A stretch of 64,000 nt of DNA from Candidatus Tectimicrobiota bacterium (GCA_016192455.1 JACPUC010000001.1:62001-126000); one strand, 5' to 3'; shown: positions 1-10,362, counted from the stretch's first letter. The notes: generated by a model from the sequence alone, not told the origin. Program-made: numbers and translations.

Positions 1-581
1 TGCTGCAGGTGCACGACGCCCTTGGGAAACCCCGTGCTGCCGGAACTGTAGAGCCAGAACGCCATGTCGTCGCGGTGCGTCGGCGCCGGCTGAAGCTCGT
101 CCGACTCGTTCTCGATCAGAGCCTGGAAGGAGAGGTGGCCGTCCGGCGCATCGCCGATGACGATGACATGCTTCAGGAAGGGAGAGCGGGCGAGCACCGG
201 CTTCACTTCGGGGTAGACCTCGCGGCTGACGATGAGCGCCTGGGCGCGGCTGTCCGTGAGGAAGTACTCGTAGTCCTGCGAGCGCATGATGGTGTTGGCG
301 GGGATGGGGATCGCCCCAATCTTGATGGCTCCCAGGAAGCTGGCAACGAACTCCGGGCAATCCAGCACCAGCATCAGGACGCGCTGCTCCATCACCAGCC
401 CAAGCCTGCGCAGAGCGTTGCCGGTGCGGTTTGCGAGCCGCTGCAGGTCGCGATAGGTATAGGTTGCGTCCTGGTAGTAGACGGCGACCCTGTCACCACG
501 TCCCTGGGCAACATGCTCATCCAGCAGTGGGACCGCCGCATTGAACTGCTCGGGGAGTTCCAACGATGTGTTCGTATCCAT
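1..581 (-). CDS. Benzoate-CoA ligase family acyl-CoA synthetase (N-terminal part, runs off window start)
   Basis: Manual translation (not in ORF track): MDTNTSLELPEQFNAAVPLLDEHVAQGRGDRVAVYY...DDMAFWLYSSGSTGFPKGVVHLQ; AMP-binding P-loop YSSGSTG(F)PKG typical of benzoate-CoA ligases; RBS GAGGTG upstream. Confidence 0.88.
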   Translation of the reverse strand, partial: MDTNTSLELPEQFNAAVPLLDEHVAQGRGDRVAVYYQDATYTYRDLQRLANRTGNALRRLGLVMEQRVLMLVLDCPEFVASFLGAIKIGAIPIPANTIMRSQDYEYFLTDSRAQALIVSREVYPEVKPVLARSPFLKHVIVIGDAPDGHLSFQALIENESDELQPAPTHRDDMAFWLYSSGSTGFPKGVVHLQ

Positions 582-999
582 GGCTCACCTCGTCCTCATC
601 GCGCGGCTGTCGCCTGGTCCAGCGGCAGCGCGCCGCGCCCGGCCCGCCTGGGCGTCGCAAGCAAACAGGCCGGCACAGGCAGGCACTGGCGCGAGCCGCC
701 GAGCCTCCGCTCCCTCCGCAGCCGGCCAGGCGGCAGGGCTGAAGCGGGAGCAGGAGATCGAGCCGGCTCGGCAGGCGCGCGGTCCTCAGTCCTCCGCCGG
801 GCATGCCGCCACCGCGCGCCGCTTGCGGGGATGCGCGCCCCGCGGCCACCCTGCCCGCCGGTTCCACCTTGTTGCGGCATGGCGCTGCTTTCACCTTCCT
901 CGCCACGGCGCCGAGGCCCCGAGACACAGGCGACCGGCACTCCGCGCCGGGCTTGCCCGCGCGCTGGGCTCCCTCCAGCGGCCGCCCCTGCCGCCCGCC

Positions 1000-1395
1000 T
1001 CAGTCGATTGCGGCCACCGCCTCGATCTCGACGAGGAAATCGGGGTGGGCGAGCTGGCTGATCTCGACCAGGGTGCTCGTGGGGTAGTCGCGGGGAAAGT
1101 ACGCCTTGCGAAGGTCGCCGGTGTGTTGGCGAAAGGCGGGGAGGTCGGTGGTGAAGATGGTGAGCTTCGCAATGTCCCGCAGCGAGCCGCCGGCTCCCTC
1201 GACCGCGGTCTTGAGGTTCTCCATCACCTGGCGGGTCTGCGCGGCGATGTCTCCCTTGCCCACGAGCTTGCCCTGCGCATCGACGGCGGTTTGGCCGGCG
1301 ATAAAGACGAGCTTGCCGCTCGACACCTCGATGACCTGGGAGTAGTTGGCGATCGGCTTCGCCAAAGCATCAGGTTGACGGAACGTCAGCGCCAT
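1000..1395 (-). CDS. RidA/YjgF family protein
   Basis: YSQ...VFIAGQ...YPTSTLVEISQL...LVEIEAVA; start placed at MALTFRQ behind GAAGGAG. Confidence 0.9.
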   Translation of the reverse strand: MALTFRQPDALAKPIANYSQVIEVSSGKLVFIAGQTAVDAQGKLVGKGDIAAQTRQVMENLKTAVEGAGGSLRDIAKLTIFTTDLPAFRQHTGDLRKAYFPRDYPTSTLVEISQLAHPDFLVEIEAVAAID

Positions 1396-2271
1396 GGGGG
1401 CTCCTTCGCGAGTTGAGAATTGACTCCACCTCTCCTCAGAGGCTGGCGCCGCGAAGGAGGAGAGGCGTTTCTCGCACGCTCTCCTCCGGCGACGGAAGGA
1501 CGGCCCAGCCGGAGGCGGGACCGAGGAACGAACGAGGTGAAACACAGGCCAATCCCGAAGCTCTCCTGCTCGGTTGCTCCAATGATGGCCTGCGGTGGTG
1601 TGTAGCGAAGGGCGGCGCTGTCGCTCCATCAGCGGAACTTCGTCGCCTCTCGAGGGGGGCGCTCCGGCGCGAGCCCCCCGGAGGCGAACGTCGTTTGGCG
1701 TTGCGATGGATGCTTGCCGTTCAACGTGGCGGACTCATTGCGCTGCCGTTCCATCCCTCTCTCAGGTTCGGTATCGAGGCTGGGGTTGCTTCGCCTCTCC
1801 TCCAACGCCGCACCGCGCGGCGCGGCTCCCGGCGCTGGTCTCACGGCGCGCTGCCGCCCTCAGCCGAGCGCAATCCTCTTCTGAGTCCATCCTGATGGTT
1901 GCGCGTACCATAGTTCAATGCGCTGGTTGTGTCAACCGAGCGGGCAGGATCACGGAGGAAGCGCAGTGATTGCGCCGCCGCGCCTGCGAGAGGCCGGCTG
2001 GCGCAGGAAGACCACGGGATCGAAGAGGCCGGGGACGGGGGATCGGCGAAGGCGGGCATGGCGGCGGGGTAGATCAGCGTGGTCCGTGACGCGGCGGGAC
2101 CTGCCAGGGAGAGGCGCTCGGTCGAAGCGCCGGCGAGCCTCTCCCTCCCAACGCCGCCTCGGGCGATAGTGCCGGCTGCGCCGCACACGGCGCTGCGCCG
2201 GGGAGCAGGCCGTAGGGACATCCCCGCCCCCACGACCTCCCCAGGGCCGGCGGCGCGGCGCCCAAGCCGGC

Positions 2272-3444
2272 TTACTCGATGATGCGGAACGCCCCGCCGC
2301 GCGCTTCGAGCATCGTGGCGGTCTTGAACGTGTCACCACTCGGCGTCATGGTAATCGTGCCGGTGACGCCGGGGAAATCCTTCAAGGTCTCAAAGCCGCG
2401 GCGAATCTTCTCTCGATCCTCGGTCAGCTTGGCTGGATCGTTCGTCACGCCCTGCTCCGTGAGGATTTTCGCCGTGATGAAGACCGTATCATAGAGGGAG
2501 GCCATCTCCTGATTGGGAGCCAGGCCGCCCTCGCTGCGTTCCTTGAAGCGGCGCACGAAGTCGCCGACCTTCGGGTTCGGGTGATCCGGCCAGAATCCCT
2601 GCGCCGTCCACAGCCCCGCGCCCGCCTGCCCCGCCAGCTCGAGGTAGCGGGCATCATGGCCTACCCCGCCGATCGTGGGGATGGTCAGCCCCTGCTTCGC
2701 CATCTCCTTGCTGATGAGGGCGCCGCCGGTGTGGATCGCATTGATGATCAGGCCGTCCGGCTTCATCGCCTTCACCTTGGTGATCTGGGCGCTGTAGTCG
2801 ATGTCGGCGGAGCCGAAGGTGATCTGCTCCATCACCTCGGCGCCGGAATTTTTCAGCAGGGCCGGAAAGACCTTCGTGGCGGTGGCCTGCATCACGGCCT
2901 CCTGGCTGTCGTAGAGAATGACGACCTTCTTGATCTTGAAGGTCTCGACCCAGCGCTTCACGAGGCCGCTGTACAGCTTGTCGGTGGTCAAGGAGACGCG
3001 AAAGGTCCACGGGCGGTTAGCCGCCGCCACCCCTGGCTTGGCCGAGGAGGCGGAGACGATCGGGACGCCGGCGCGGTTGGCCACCGGAAAGGCATTCTCG
3101 GCGTCGCCGCTCGTGAAGGGGCCCCAGATAAGGAGGACCTTGTCGCGCTCGATGAGGCGCTTCGTGGCGATGATCGCCTCCTCCTTCTTCGAGTGGTTGT
3201 CGATGAGGATGGGCTGCAGCTTCATGCCGCGCACGCCCCCCGCGGCGTTGACCTCGTCCACCGCCAGGCGCATGGCCAGCTCCTGGCCTTTGCCGTACGC
3301 CGCCACCGGACCGCTGATCGGGATGATGGCGCCGATCTTCAGGTCCGCGGCGAGGGCGGCCCCGCCCGTCGTTCCAACCAGCAGCCCGAGCACGAGCAGC
3401 CCCGGCAGAGCCAGGCTGCTCACCTGCCGCAAGAACCTCTCCAT
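2272..3444 (-). CDS. Branched-chain amino acid (Liv-type) ABC transporter substrate-binding protein
   Basis: Signal peptide; KIGAIIPISGPVAAYG, INAAGGV.G-type motif, DYSAQITK, FPGVTG.ITM C-terminus; RBS GGAGGAAGG. Confidence 0.9.
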   Translation of the reverse strand: MERFLRQVSSLALPGLLVLGLLVGTTGGAALAADLKIGAIIPISGPVAAYGKGQELAMRLAVDEVNAAGGVRGMKLQPILIDNHSKKEEAIIATKRLIERDKVLLIWGPFTSGDAENAFPVANRAGVPIVSASSAKPGVAAANRPWTFRVSLTTDKLYSGLVKRWVETFKIKKVVILYDSQEAVMQATATKVFPALLKNSGAEVMEQITFGSADIDYSAQITKVKAMKPDGLIINAIHTGGALISKEMAKQGLTIPTIGGVGHDARYLELAGQAGAGLWTAQGFWPDHPNPKVGDFVRRFKERSEGGLAPNQEMASLYDTVFITAKILTEQGVTNDPAKLTEDREKIRRGFETLKDFPGVTGTITMTPSGDTFKTATMLEARGGAFRIIE

Positions 3445-3644
3445 TGCCTTCCTCCTCCGGATGATCGACGCGGCCGAGGACCCCAAGCCCGCTGTCCCGG
3501 CTGCGCGCGACCACCCTCGCGCCCTGCCGCAGCCATGCGGCGGCTCTCACCCGCCGGCGGATGAGGAGTCGCCGCGCTGCCCGGCAAAGCACCCAGTTCC
3601 ACGCTCGGCCCGGCTGACGCGTCGCCCTCCTTCAGGGGCCGCTC

Positions 3645-4757
3645 CTAAAGGTTATAAAAGCGCCGCACGTTTTCCTCAAGCATCTTGCGCTTGGCGCTTT
3701 CCGACAGGTCGTTGCGCCCGCGCAGCGTCTGCACGGTGAGGAACTCCCGGTCGCCGTGCGGGATGTCGGAGCCGTAGATGAGGTGGTCTTCGCCGACGAG
3801 GTTGACGACCGCCGGCAGCAACTCATCATCCACCTCGGTGCCGAAGTAGACCTGGCCGCCGCGCAGGTACTCGAGGGGCGGCCTCTTGGCGAGGAGGGCC
3901 CGCGGCATCTTCTCGCCGCAGAAGCGCGTCCAGTGCTCCATGCGGTGCAGCATGAAATGCACCCACTCGCACCCTAGCTCCAGAAAGACTACCCTGAGTC
4001 GGGGGAACCTGTCGAGCAGCCCGCCGCACACGAATGCCTCGAACCCCATGATCAGCGGCAGGGCGAAGGGGATGAGGAGCGAGTCGATGAGGTTGTCATA
4101 CATGTTCGAGAAGGAGGGCGAGCACCAGCCGACGTGCACCGCGATGGGCAGGCGCAGCTCCTCCGCCGCGGCGAAGAAGGGGAACAGGCTCGGGTGGTTC
4201 AACGGGCGGTCGCCGGCGGTCCCCATGATCATCACCGCCACTGGATCGCGCTCCGCTTTCACCCGCCGCAGCTCGGCCACGGCCCCCTGCACGTCCTGCA
4301 GGTTGACCACCGCCACCCAGAAGAGCTTGCCGCCGGACTCACGGCACTTGTCGGCCACCCAGTTGTTGTAGGCGCGGCAGAGGGCGGAGCCGAAGGCCGG
4401 GTCGGCGCTCAGCTCCCACACCAGGAAGAGCGTCGGGTAGATCACCTGCAGGTCGATCCCCTCCAGCGCCATGCGCGCCAGGCGCGCCGCCGGGTCATGG
4501 AGCTGGTTGCTGGCGCGCGTGTCCTTCACCCGCGGGTCGGAGCTGGACTTCACCCCGCCGCCGCCGGTGGGCGTGCCGATGACGTGCGGCGAGCGTCCGC
4601 TGTAGCGCGGGAAGAGCTGGCTGTCGATCAGCCAGTGGCTGCTGCCGTTCGAGGTGACCGCCTGGGGACGCCGATCATGGTACTGCGGGTCAAGGTAGGC
4701 GTCGCCGAACGTCTCCAGGGATTCCAGGACGTGCCCGTCGCCATCAATCACGGTCAT
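3645..4757 (-). CDS. Amidohydrolase family 2 protein (possible aromatic decarboxylase/hydrolase)
   Basis: IDGDGH, YPTL, RAYNNW, AVHVG, FLELG, YGSDIPHGD motifs. Confidence 0.88.
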   Translation of the reverse strand: MTVIDGDGHVLESLETFGDAYLDPQYHDRRPQAVTSNGSSHWLIDSQLFPRYSGRSPHVIGTPTGGGGVKSSSDPRVKDTRASNQLHDPAARLARMALEGIDLQVIYPTLFLVWELSADPAFGSALCRAYNNWVADKCRESGGKLFWVAVVNLQDVQGAVAELRRVKAERDPVAVMIMGTAGDRPLNHPSLFPFFAAAEELRLPIAVHVGWCSPSFSNMYDNLIDSLLIPFALPLIMGFEAFVCGGLLDRFPRLRVVFLELGCEWVHFMLHRMEHWTRFCGEKMPRALLAKRPPLEYLRGGQVYFGTEVDDELLPAVVNLVGEDHLIYGSDIPHGDREFLTVQTLRGRNDLSESAKRKMLEENVRRFYNL

Positions 4758-5047
4758 CGGTCGATTTCCTCCAGGGGTGAGGCGTCACCCAACCGGCGCC
4801 GGCTGCACGGCGCCGCGCGGGCAACGCAGGGACCTCAGGTGCGCAGGATAAACAGCACTAAATTCCCACAATATGTACCATGTCTATTATTCACAAGGAG
4901 GAGCTGGAGTAAAGGGCGATTTCCCGCCGAGCAGCGGCCCGTGGCGCCACCATGAGGAGGTGCACCCTTGAAGCGGAGACCTGACCGGAAGGCTGGCAGG
5001 TCAGTGCCGTCCCCTGAGTTCGTTCGTCAGCGCCACTGCGGAGGTAC

Positions 5048-6202
5048 TCACTCTATGGATATGGGAAAACCGGCAAAGCCCGCGGCAGGACCAGAAAAAA
5101 CGACGGCAGCCCAGGTAACGACATTGCTGAGGTCCGTGCCTTCAATCGTAAAGTTGCCTATCTTGCCATTTATTCCCGAAACTCCATCGGCGGAAGGGCT
5201 ACTCGATGTCTGTATGCTCCACATCGCCCCGGGTTGAACAGTGGAACTACAGTCGGCCAAGGTTGAACCACTTGAATCATAGAAGTTTACGGTAATGGTT
5301 TTTTCTGTTGTATTATTATTCACAACGTTGATAAATGTGTATGCCAAGCCTGGAATGTCCGCATAAAATGGACCCCGTAATAACGATCCAGATTGAGTTT
5401 CTTGTGCGGAAGGCGCCGCCGCCGATCGGCAAGATCCAGACATTCCAGAAGAACATCTCCACGTCCCTGTGAAACCGGACAAAGTGGATGGGGAAAATAC
5501 TGCAGACCACGGAAGAATATTGCCATGGTTCCCGCCGGCAGCCTCAACCGTGATGCTGCCTTTCATGCCCGCCGACTCCACAGGACCCACCCCCCCACTC
5601 GCCGTGGTTCCCAGCCAAGTCGCCTGTGGCCCGATCGTGGTTGATGTCGTAGTAAGTTCTGATCCCGCCTCGTTATAGAACCTTACGGTAACCGTCTCAG
5701 AGGCTGATCCCCTATTGGTTAGCGCCAGGAATGTGTAGCTTGACCCAGGAGAATCTTCGGCAAAGCCGGACCACCCACCTCGCTCTGCACGGGCCCTGCC
5801 ATCAGTGACGTCCAGTATGACACGCCCCCAACCGCATTCCAGTCCGCTATCCGCCTCACCACGTAGGACCCCGTGGTAGTGAGGGTGCGGTAGCCCTTGA
5901 GCATCGAGGCATTCCGGGCCGGTAGCTATCCTGCCTGAGGCGAGGTTCTGCGGGTTATCAACCGCCAGTACATCTGTATCGCGAGCAAAGAGAGCCGTCC
6001 CCGCGGAAGCCCCATCAATAAAGGTCCATTTACTCAATGATGGAACTACAACCGCACCAGCAGAACGGGTCATGCCCATCGTGCAGACAAGGGCGGCCAA
6101 CACCAAGAACCGTACACCTCGATCTCCCCTCACCATAGTATGACGAGGGCTTAGAAAACTTGCCGCGCGAGCAGCAATTCTAGTTACTATCATGAGACTC
6201 AT
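5048..6202 (-). CDS. Hypothetical secreted protein with two tandem beta-rich repeats (start uncertain: 6229, 6202 or 6136)
   Basis: Long ORF in visibly AT-richer DNA; signal-like FLVLAALVCTMGMTRSAGA; duplicated YTF...N.....TV.FY...GS.L motif. Confidence 0.7.
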   Translation of the reverse strand: MSLMIVTRIAARAASFLSPRHTMVRGDRGVRFLVLAALVCTMGMTRSAGAVVVPSLSKWTFIDGASAGTALFARDTDVLAVDNPQNLASGRIATGPECLDAQGLPHPHYHGVLRGEADSGLECGWGRVILDVTDGRARAERGGWSGFAEDSPGSSYTFLALTNRGSASETVTVRFYNEAGSELTTTSTTIGPQATWLGTTASGGVGPVESAGMKGSITVEAAGGNHGNILPWSAVFSPSTLSGFTGTWRCSSGMSGSCRSAAAPSAQETQSGSLLRGPFYADIPGLAYTFINVVNNNTTEKTITVNFYDSSGSTLADCSSTVQPGAMWSIQTSSSPSADGVSGINGKIGNFTIEGTDLSNVVTWAAVVFSGPAAGFAGFPISIE

Positions 6203-6328
6203 ATCATTCCCCCTCATTGCCATGGCCATGTCTCCCGAATTCTCCCAATCCTGTCTGCAATTCCCCGTCAAAAGAGCCGCTCTTCGCTCACGCCGCGCCA
6301 AGGAAGGGACGCGCCAAACAACCCAGTG

Positions 6329-6902
6329 TGTAGGGGCAGAGCTTGCCCTGCCCGTTTCACCACTGCCGCACCAAGAAGGAATGCTCCATACAACCGAGCG
6401 ACGCTTGGCAAAGCCCACCACATGCACCTTGAGTATAGCACCGACCGCAACTCCCGCGAAAGCTCATTCAGGCTCATCACCGCCTGCAAGCAACCACGTA
6501 TGGGTCGCTGTTCGAGACCGGCAGGCTTCCGGGCTGTTGCCCGTAGGGGCGGTTCGCGAACCGCCCCTACCTCCTCTGCGTCCTCCGCGACTCCGCAGTG
6601 CAATTCATTTCACCGCCGAGGCGCAGAGATCGCCGAGAAACACCCTCCCCTGGGTGGGAGGGGAGAGTGTGATTGGCTGGGAGACGAGCTTGCATCCGGT
6701 CGCCCGTAGGGGTGGTTCCCGCCTACCTGTCGGGAGGTAGGGGCCGTCCCCTGAGTTCGTTCGGAACCACAGAAGAACCACGGATGAACACCGCTGTAAA
6801 CGGATATCTGTGTCTATCTGTGTCCATCAGTGGTTCCCCCATACTTCCGGGGCCATCCGTGTTCGCGCCCCCTCGCCCGCTGGGAGAGGGTGGGGTGAGG
6901 GC
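6329..6902. repeat. Patchwork of miniature palindromic repeats, including a perfect 28-bp GTAG-type REP palindrome at 6543-6570
   Basis: GTAGGGGCGGTTCGCGAACCGCCCCTAC; CTCTGCGTCCTCCGCG...ACCGCCGAGGCGCAGAG; AACCACGGATGAACAC...ATCTGTGTCCATCAGTGGTT; the same modules recur near 12.4 kb and 53.1 kb. Confidence 0.8.
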
Positions 6903-7021
6903 GGGCCGGAGTAGGGGCCGGGAAAATTTGCCCTTGCGCGGCTGGGTGTGAACGGGTATACATGGAGGGGTAACGTCAACTCAAAGGAGGAGTGCGCAGC
7001 ACAACTCGACACTTCACAGAC

Positions 7022-7194
7022 GCTCGGTGCCGACGCGGTCGAAGAGGGAAGCCGGTGCAAGTCCGGCGCGGCCCCCGCCACTGTAACCGGGGACGAAGGC
7101 GATCAGTTCCACTGGAATGGAGTGATGCACGGCGTCGCCATTCTGGGAAGGGATCGCTGCTAGGGTGATCCGGAAGCCAGGAGACCTGCCGAGC
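7022..7194 (+). ncRNA. Cobalamin (B12) riboswitch
   Basis: GGTGC...AAGAGGGAAGCCGGTGCAAGTCCGGCGCGGCCCCCGCCACTGTAA...CACTGG...CTGGGAAGG...GAAGCCAGGAGACCTGCC (B12 box); P1 GCTCGGT/GCCGAGC; lies upstream of a TonB-dependent receptor. Confidence 0.95.
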
Positions 7195-7247
7195 CACGGA
7201 TGGTTGCGCTCTTCGGGGTAAAGGAGCGGCGCCAAAGGTTCCTTTGC

Positions 7248-7279
7248 GCCCAGCCTTTTCCGAAGGTTGGGTTTTTTTT
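7248..7279 (+). terminator. Intrinsic terminator (riboswitch expression platform)
   Basis: Stem GCCCAGCCTT/AAGGTTGGGT followed by a T-run, between the aptamer and the btuB start. Confidence 0.85.
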
Positions 7280-7339
7280 GGCCCCCTCCCCGAGCCCGAA
7301 CGAGCTCCGACCAGCCACCTCAGCCCGGGGAGCTCTATC

Positions 7340-9388
7340 ATGATCAGACGCGCGACGCGGCCTCGTTTCGGAGGTCATCTTCTCGTTTCCCTGCTCCTGC
7401 CGCTGCTGCTGGCGCCCCTGCCCGGCCTGGCGCAGCAAGGTCCGGCCTCCGCCCCGGTGCGCAGCCCGGTGCAGGCCCTGGTGCAAAGCCCCGCCGTGGA
7501 ACAGGTGCTGGAGCCGGTGGTGGTGACCGCCACCCGCCTCCCTCAGCCGCTGCAACAGACGGCCTCCTCCATCACCCTCATCGAGCGGCGGGACATCGAA
7601 GATCGCCTCTCCGCCGACACTCTCGACTTGCTGCGCGAGACCCCCGGCGTCTCCATCCTGCAGAGCGGCGGACGAGGGGGAACCACCTCCCTGTTCATGC
7701 GCGGCGCCGAGAACGACCACACCATGGTGCTGATGGACGGCGTGAAGGTGAACCTCGGCGGCGGCGCCTTCGATTTCGCCGACGTGCTGGCGGTGAACCT
7801 CGAGCGCGTGGAGGTGCTGCGCGGCCCGCAGAGCGCCCTCTACGGCGCCGACGCCCTCTCCGGCGTGGCCCACTACATCAGCCGCCGAGGCAGCGGTCCG
7901 CCGCGGGTGAGCGTGCGCGCCCTCGCCGGCAGCGACACCACCTTTGAAGAGGTCGTCGAGTTCCAACAGGGGAGCAAAGAGTTCGGCGTCTCCTTCGGCG
8001 TCGGGCGGGTGGATACGGAGAACTTCCTGCCGGTCAACCACGACTACCGCAACACCACCATCGGCCTGCGGCTCGATGCCAGCCCCGCGCCGAACGCCGA
8101 TTTCACCTTCACCCTGCGGCGCGTGGAGGCCCTGCTGGAGTTCCCCACGCAGAGCGCCGGGGACCGTTCCGCGCCCCTCGACCCGCACCAGTCCGACGCC
8201 TTCAAGCGCACCGTCGCGGGGGGACGGTTCGCCGTCCAGGGAAAGCCGTGGTGGCGGCACGTCCTACAGGTCGACCTCTTCGCCGAAGACCAGTTCTTCC
8301 GCGACAAGTTCGATCCCGGCGCTGATTTCAGCTCATTCAGCAGCGACTCGAAGGAGCGCCGCTACCGCGCCGACTACACCTCGATCTTCACCCTTCCCAC
8401 CTGGCGCCAGGTGGCGGCGACGCTGAGCGCCGGGCTGTCGGCGGAGCGGGAGGAGTTCGGGCAGGATTCGCTCGACGTCGCGCCCGGCGGCGCGCCGGTC
8501 ATCGGCTTGGTCGATGCCCAGCGTGATAACCTGGCTGCCTACACCCAGTTTGACGCCAACTGGAGGAAGCGCGTCTTCTTCACCGCCGGGGCGCGCTTCG
8601 ACGACAACAGCCTCTTCGGCTCCGAGCTCAGCCCGCGCGTCACCGGCGCCGTCATCCTCCCCGGCGCGAACACGAAGCTGCGCGCCGCCTACGGAAGGGG
8701 CATCAAGGCGCCGACGTTCGTGGAGAACTTCGGCACCGGCAGCGTCTTCTTCGCGGGGAACCCGAACCTGGATGCCGAGCGCTCGCGGAGCTATGAAGTG
8801 GGGTTCGACCAACCGCTCTGGGCCGAGCGCCTGCTCCTCAGCGTCACCTACTTCCACAGCGAGTTCGACGATCTCATCAGCTTCGTCACGGGCGCGCCCT
8901 CCACCTTCCAGAACATCCAGGAAGCCCGCAGCCAAGGCCTCGAGACAGGGCTGCGCGCCGACCTGCCGTACGGCTTTGCGGCGGGAGCCAGCTTCACGCT
9001 CCTTGACACGGAGGTGCTGGAGAGCGGCGGCAGGGGCGGCGCCTCCTTCATCGAGGGGAAGGAGCTGCTGCGCCGGCCCCAGCGCCAGGGATCGGTTTCA
9101 GTGACGTACCGCAACCGTGGCTTCCGCGGCGCCGTGGATGCCATCATCATCGGCGACAGCGACGATCTCGATTTCTCGGCCGGCTTCCCCGGTCGCCGCG
9201 CCACGCTCCACGGCTACACGAAGGTGAACCTGGCCCTCGCCTATGAGGTCTGGCACGATGCCGAGCGCCGGCGCGCCGTGCGCCTGCTGGCCCGCGCCGA
9301 CAACCTCTTCGACGAGGGAATCGAGTCGCCCATCGGCTTCTCGGCCCCTGGGGCGCGCTACCTCTTCGGCTTCGAGGCGAACTTCTGA
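7340..9388 (+). CDS. btuB: TonB-dependent outer-membrane receptor, BtuB-like
   Basis: TonB box EPVVVTATR; plug LRETPGV...RGA...VLMDGV...ERVEVLRGPQSALYGADA; C-terminal Phe; under a B12 riboswitch. Confidence 0.88.
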   Translation: MIRRATRPRFGGHLLVSLLLPLLLAPLPGLAQQGPASAPVRSPVQALVQSPAVEQVLEPVVVTATRLPQPLQQTASSITLIERRDIEDRLSADTLDLLRETPGVSILQSGGRGGTTSLFMRGAENDHTMVLMDGVKVNLGGGAFDFADVLAVNLERVEVLRGPQSALYGADALSGVAHYISRRGSGPPRVSVRALAGSDTTFEEVVEFQQGSKEFGVSFGVGRVDTENFLPVNHDYRNTTIGLRLDASPAPNADFTFTLRRVEALLEFPTQSAGDRSAPLDPHQSDAFKRTVAGGRFAVQGKPWWRHVLQVDLFAEDQFFRDKFDPGADFSSFSSDSKERRYRADYTSIFTLPTWRQVAATLSAGLSAEREEFGQDSLDVAPGGAPVIGLVDAQRDNLAAYTQFDANWRKRVFFTAGARFDDNSLFGSELSPRVTGAVILPGANTKLRAAYGRGIKAPTFVENFGTGSVFFAGNPNLDAERSRSYEVGFDQPLWAERLLLSVTYFHSEFDDLISFVTGAPSTFQNIQEARSQGLETGLRADLPYGFAAGASFTLLDTEVLESGGRGGASFIEGKELLRRPQRQGSVSVTYRNRGFRGAVDAIIIGDSDDLDFSAGFPGRRATLHGYTKVNLALAYEVWHDAERRRAVRLLARADNLFDEGIESPIGFSAPGARYLFGFEANF

Positions 9389-10362
9389 TGAAGGCGAACA
9401 GCACCCCAGACCGGCTCTCGCTGCTGCGCTTCGCGCGGCTGGGCGTGGCGATCCTGGTGGCCGTCGTCTTCTGGACCTCGGTCAGCCCGCTGGCGCGGCA
9501 CCCGGAGACCGCCGCGCCCCGGAGAGCGGACACCGGGGCGCCTTGCCGCATCGTGTCGATGGTGCTGGCGGGGGACGAGATGCTGCTCGATCTCCTTCCC
9601 CGCCGCTGCCTGCGCGCCGTGTCACCCTACGCCGCCGATCCGCTCTACTCGAACGTCGCGGAGCGCGCCAAGGGACTGACCTCTGTCACGGAGAGCGTGG
9701 AGCAGATTGTCAAATTGCAACCCGATCTGGTCGTCCTGGCTTCGTATTCCGACCCTGTCGTCCGCGAGATGCTCCGCTCGGTGGGGATGAATATCTACGA
9801 ACTTCGCTTCTTTACTTCAATTCCGCAGATTATGGTCTCCGTCCGGGAGTTGGGCCGCGCCGTCCAGATGCGCGACCGCGCCGAGGCGCTCGTGGCGTCG
9901 ATGCGATACCGGCTGAGCATGCTGCGGGAACGGGCGAAGGATTTCCCCTCCATCCGGGTGCTCTACTACGCCTTCGGGGGCTTCGTGCATGGCCGCAACA
10001 CCTCCGTCGATGCGGTCATCACCGCCAGCGGCGCCGTCAACGCCGCGGCCCTGATGGGAATCGACGACGCGCGGGAGGTGCCGGGCGAGGTGGTGTTGTC
10101 GATGAAACCCGACATCATCCTCATCGGCAGTTCGAACCCGAACGCGGCGGTGCTGGCCCAGGCGCGCTGGGCGCCAACGCTGCGCCACCTGGACGCCGTG
10201 CAACACGGCGACGTCTATGCCCTGCCCCACGGGCTGGCGGGCACGGTGTCGCACTACACCGTCGAGGCCGCCGAGGCGCTGCAGGACATCCTCATCCGCT
10301 ACCTGCAACGTCGCCACGGGGCGGCGGCGCGTCTCTCCGGCGTAGGAAGCGGTGGACCATGA
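9388..10362 (+). CDS. btuF: Cobalamin/iron-siderophore ABC periplasmic binding protein
   Basis: RIVSM, EQIVKLQPDLVV, MKPDIILI, LDAVQHGDVY; coupled to btuB stop. Confidence 0.82.
   Translation: MKANSTPDRLSLLRFARLGVAILVAVVFWTSVSPLARHPETAAPRRADTGAPCRIVSMVLAGDEMLLDLLPRRCLRAVSPYAADPLYSNVAERAKGLTSVTESVEQIVKLQPDLVVLASYSDPVVREMLRSVGMNIYELRFFTSIPQIMVSVRELGRAVQMRDRAEALVASMRYRLSMLRERAKDFPSIRVLYYAFGGFVHGRNTSVDAVITASGAVNAAALMGIDDAREVPGEVVLSMKPDIILIGSSNPNAAVLAQARWAPTLRHLDAVQHGDVYALPHGLAGTVSHYTVEAAEALQDILIRYLQRRHGAAARLSGVGSGGP

Noticed and set aside
1396-2271. Small genes or ncRNA in the long spacer
   Set aside because: ORFs lack host-like codon bias and I recognised no RNA motif; an Rfam scan would be needed
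9243-10358. Apparent N-terminal fusion on BtuC (743-aa ORF); likewise extensions on aroB, aroQ, livG, purE and the Liv SBP
   Set aside because: The extensions overlap upstream genes in another frame; downstream starts with RBS or stop-start coupling fit better
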